DNA from: Epiperipatus broadwayi
Lineage: Eukaryota; Animalia; Onychophora
Assembly (NCBI GenBank): GCA_028023455.1
Contig: JAQFVV010000009.1
Span: 15,314,001 to 15,378,000 of the forward strand
Direction of reading: 5' to 3'
Length of the DNA: 64,000 nucleotides
Shown piece by piece: positions 60,801 to 64,000 of the stretch (positions are counted from its first letter, which is position 1; every line of letters begins with the position of its first letter). The position numbers and the translations under genes are program-made. The notes beneath the pieces are model-generated. The model was not told the origin of the DNA and ran no database searches. It saw only the letters and a list, made by a program, of their open reading frames with translations.

Positions 60801-63800
60801 CGTTAGAGCAATTTCTTTTATTTTATGACAAGTGCGGAAGGAACAAATATAGAGAGGTGGTGAAACAGAAGATTCATTATTATTGTTAAAAAATAGCTAC
60901 CCGATGCTGGATGATGATGATCATGTATACAATTGTTGCAAAATGCCAAATTAACTTTAGGACTGTTATAAAAATGGCATTCCACATTTAGCTAGATTTA
61001 TTTTATTATGAATGACGTCTCAATTCTGAGACATACGAAAGTTTTTTATATTTTCTTCCCATATTATAATCAATATTCCATTACAAAATAGCGACCAATG
61101 ATTGGGCTATGTTTTATTCAGATTATATTGATCATTTCCCAGAGTCATCATTTTTATCACGTTACAATATATATTATACATGGGACATATATATAAAACA
61201 TGAGTTTATACTAAGGTATGTATATACACGCACACATTTATATAAAATCAGGTGTAAATATTTTAATCGACTTAAGCAGGATAATGCTACTTCTTATTAG
61301 AAAACCATAACCATGTGCAAAAATATTTCCCCTCACCCTCCAATTTTAATATCAAATATTCTTAAAAGTTCATTCAGTAAAATACTTAAAGATCTTAATT
61401 CTAAAATCATTACTTTGCTGTTGCTTTTACTTAAAAATTGTATTTCACACTTAAGGGATTGCATAATGAGAATAGTGAAAAGTAGTTAAGTGGCAAGTTT
61501 TCTAAAATATTGAAGACTAAGAAGCTGCTTTAAAAAAAAAAAAAAGTTGAACAGTAAAGAACTTGTCAAAGCTCTCCCTGCCAAAAATGTATTTTATAAA
61601 ATTTTGGTAAGGCTTTTATAAAAACTGAAGCCTAATATGTTGCCTGAATATATATATATATTAAAAATCAAAAGTGCTTAAATCCATAATTCATCCATAT
61701 AATGTGCAGGTATATGCATATATAAATGTATGCATATATTTTTACAGAAAAAGATCCTAATGTGATCTTTTATTGAAAAACAGATTTGTTTACTAAAGAA
61801 ACTCTTTGTGGTCATGGACACAGGGATCAAGCACTAAAAAAAAATAGAAAAACTTGTTTATTATCATGGATAACTTACCACAGTTGCTACTTGACATATA
61901 TATATATATTGTTAAAACGTTCTTTATTTTCTTAATTAATCAATAGAACTATTTTCCAACAGATATAAATGAGCCCTCAAAGACCAAATGAATCAATTCT
62001 ATGAATTTAAAACAGCCACTTGTCATGCCTACAAACTAAAGTATGAATGAATATGAACATTTTTTTAGGCAACTGAAAATTTCCAAACATGTTTCAGAGA
62101 TGGAAGTCATGTAACTAGCAACTCAAATAGCAATTCAATTGTTGGTCATTAAATAAGGATTTTTTTTTTCTTATTTAAAAAATAAAAAAAAACAAATGTT
62201 TTATCAACCATCAGTTGATTAACCTGTCTTTTACCAGTGTCACTTTGTGGAGGAATGTTGGAAAGCACAGTGCTATTTAAGATCTTTGTAAACTAACAAT
62301 TCTTAAGATGTTGATGTGATATTATAGGATTTAAAATGTATGAAATATATTTCCAAAAATTGATTCATGTTTTGACAGCCAAAAATTATGAAATTGCAGA
62401 AAACAAATTAATAAAATATATTATTATAAAAGTTTCAATAGCAAATTGATACATTAACCATTTTATTATTATTTGTTTTCATATTATATGAATAATTTTT
62501 GTGGCGTCAGATGCATCATCTTAATTTATCTTTAAATTTTTGTAATAATCATGTTCAATAAATATTGTAACTGGACTGGCACTTCTGACCCCTCTGTCAG
62601 TTAATTAAACTCCTGATGAGCATATTCTAGGAAGGAGTCCCTCCCGCCACAACAATATTTCCTGCTCATCAGAGGGTGTAGCATTAAGAGACTGAAAACA
62701 TCTAGAAATTTATCTGTTTGGTTTCCCAAATGGCACCACTAGAGTTTCAGTTCACTACACCTTACTTACCTAGATCAGATTATGCCAACATAGCTCAGCA
62801 AACATGAGATTCCTGTGAACAAGTAAACTAGAAAATGGATGACATGAAATGAAATTGACGATATGTATTTTTTTAATAATAATTTATTGAATAACAATAT
62901 TTGGATAACACTCCTTTAACCATTTATTGCAATACCAGTTCCACAGATCAGTTAGTCTACTCATCCTACCATTTCCACATATCAGTCTACTCTTCGGTAA
63001 CTTCTAATGTTTGGTCCCTCATTGATGATTATACAGTATTCATCCTTTTATCTTCCATAATACTGTTCTGGCAGCTTTCACCTAGCAGGGATTTATTTAG
63101 ATATCAATGTATATATCATGGATACCTCTCTTTATTATTTCTCTTTTGGGTGTTGATGTTACTCCTCATATGCACATATATCTCAATTTGTAGACATGTC
63201 TATTAATCTTCCTTGCAGAATACTCTTAGGTAAGTTTAATTTATACATGGATCAATCACTTTTATTTAATCATTCAGGAGTTAATACAATGGACCTTTCA
63301 ATATATCAGCCTATATAAGCAATAAAAGAAATAAATTAAACAACCAATTCCAAAATAATTTTCTATAATATATTGCTACTTGTTTATGAAATTGTTTTTT
63401 AGAGTGTAACTGAAGAGATACAGTTAATTGCCTGCGATCTAATGAAGTTGATAATTTATTTTATATTATAAATGATCTTATGTTTTCATTATGTTTGTGT
63501 TATAATCATGATAAATATAAACAGAAATATATATATAAATATGTATATGAAAACAACTTTGTATAACAATAAATAAATATCAAACGCAGGGTTGATTTTA
63601 ACTAGATAATAAAAAAATGATAATACATAAAATGTGACTTTGAATACTATTACTTAATTTTGTGAAAATAAGTGACAGTATAGACTAATTAATGTTCATA
63701 AAATAAAATAAAAATTTCTAAAAATTAAATAAAAACATAGTGCCAAGTAGGAGCCTGAAGAATTGTGTGTGTGGGGTGGGGGGTCTTCAGAAAATTTCCT

Positions 63801-64000
63801 ATAATTATCAAAAACTCAAAATAACAAGTTAATAGTTCTGAAAAAAAAATTACTTAAAAGGAGTAAGAGTAAATGTAAGAAAAAAAATTATATTTCTTGC
63901 TCAATTTATTTAGGGATATTAACACAATAAAAACAAATAACTTCTTAAGTCAGAAGACAAAAAATAGATATCATTAAAATCTTGCTTTTCACAAGATGAA

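Noticed and set aside
62880-63210. 101-aa ORF or antisense LINE RT remnant
   Set aside because: Low-complexity hydrophobic translation typical of AT-rich non-coding DNA, and no clear RT motif on the opposite strand.

Overview
Very AT-rich, CpG-depleted animal (probably arthropod) nuclear DNA. It appears to be mostly intronic sequence of a minus-strand testin/LMCD1-type gene, of which only one convincing 86-nt coding exon (6412-6497) lies in the window. The rest is a layered transposon landscape: a full-length RTE LINE (822-4118, intact 995-aa APE+RT ORF, 12-bp TSD) plus two RTE fragments; degraded L1/Tx1 pieces; a Buster-type hAT; two copies of a TA-flanked MITE; and an 18.4-kb degenerate Gypsy element whose body and 3' LTR carry nested Penelope, piggyBac-like, MITE and RTE insertions. 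The most interesting layer is RNA structure. (i) The RTE begins exactly at a CPEB3/HDV-like ribozyme fold. (ii) A Penelope-like element carries a tRNA(Phe)-like Pol III module directly followed by a minimal hammerhead in its 3' terminal repeat. This family has four insertions sharing an inverted-tail architecture, three with recognisable 11-14-bp TSDs. (iii) A second hammerhead family occurs at three loci, one as a 351-nt partial tandem resembling a non-LTR retrozyme. All calls were made by eye. Boundaries of degraded elements are approximate, and no ribozyme activity is demonstrated.
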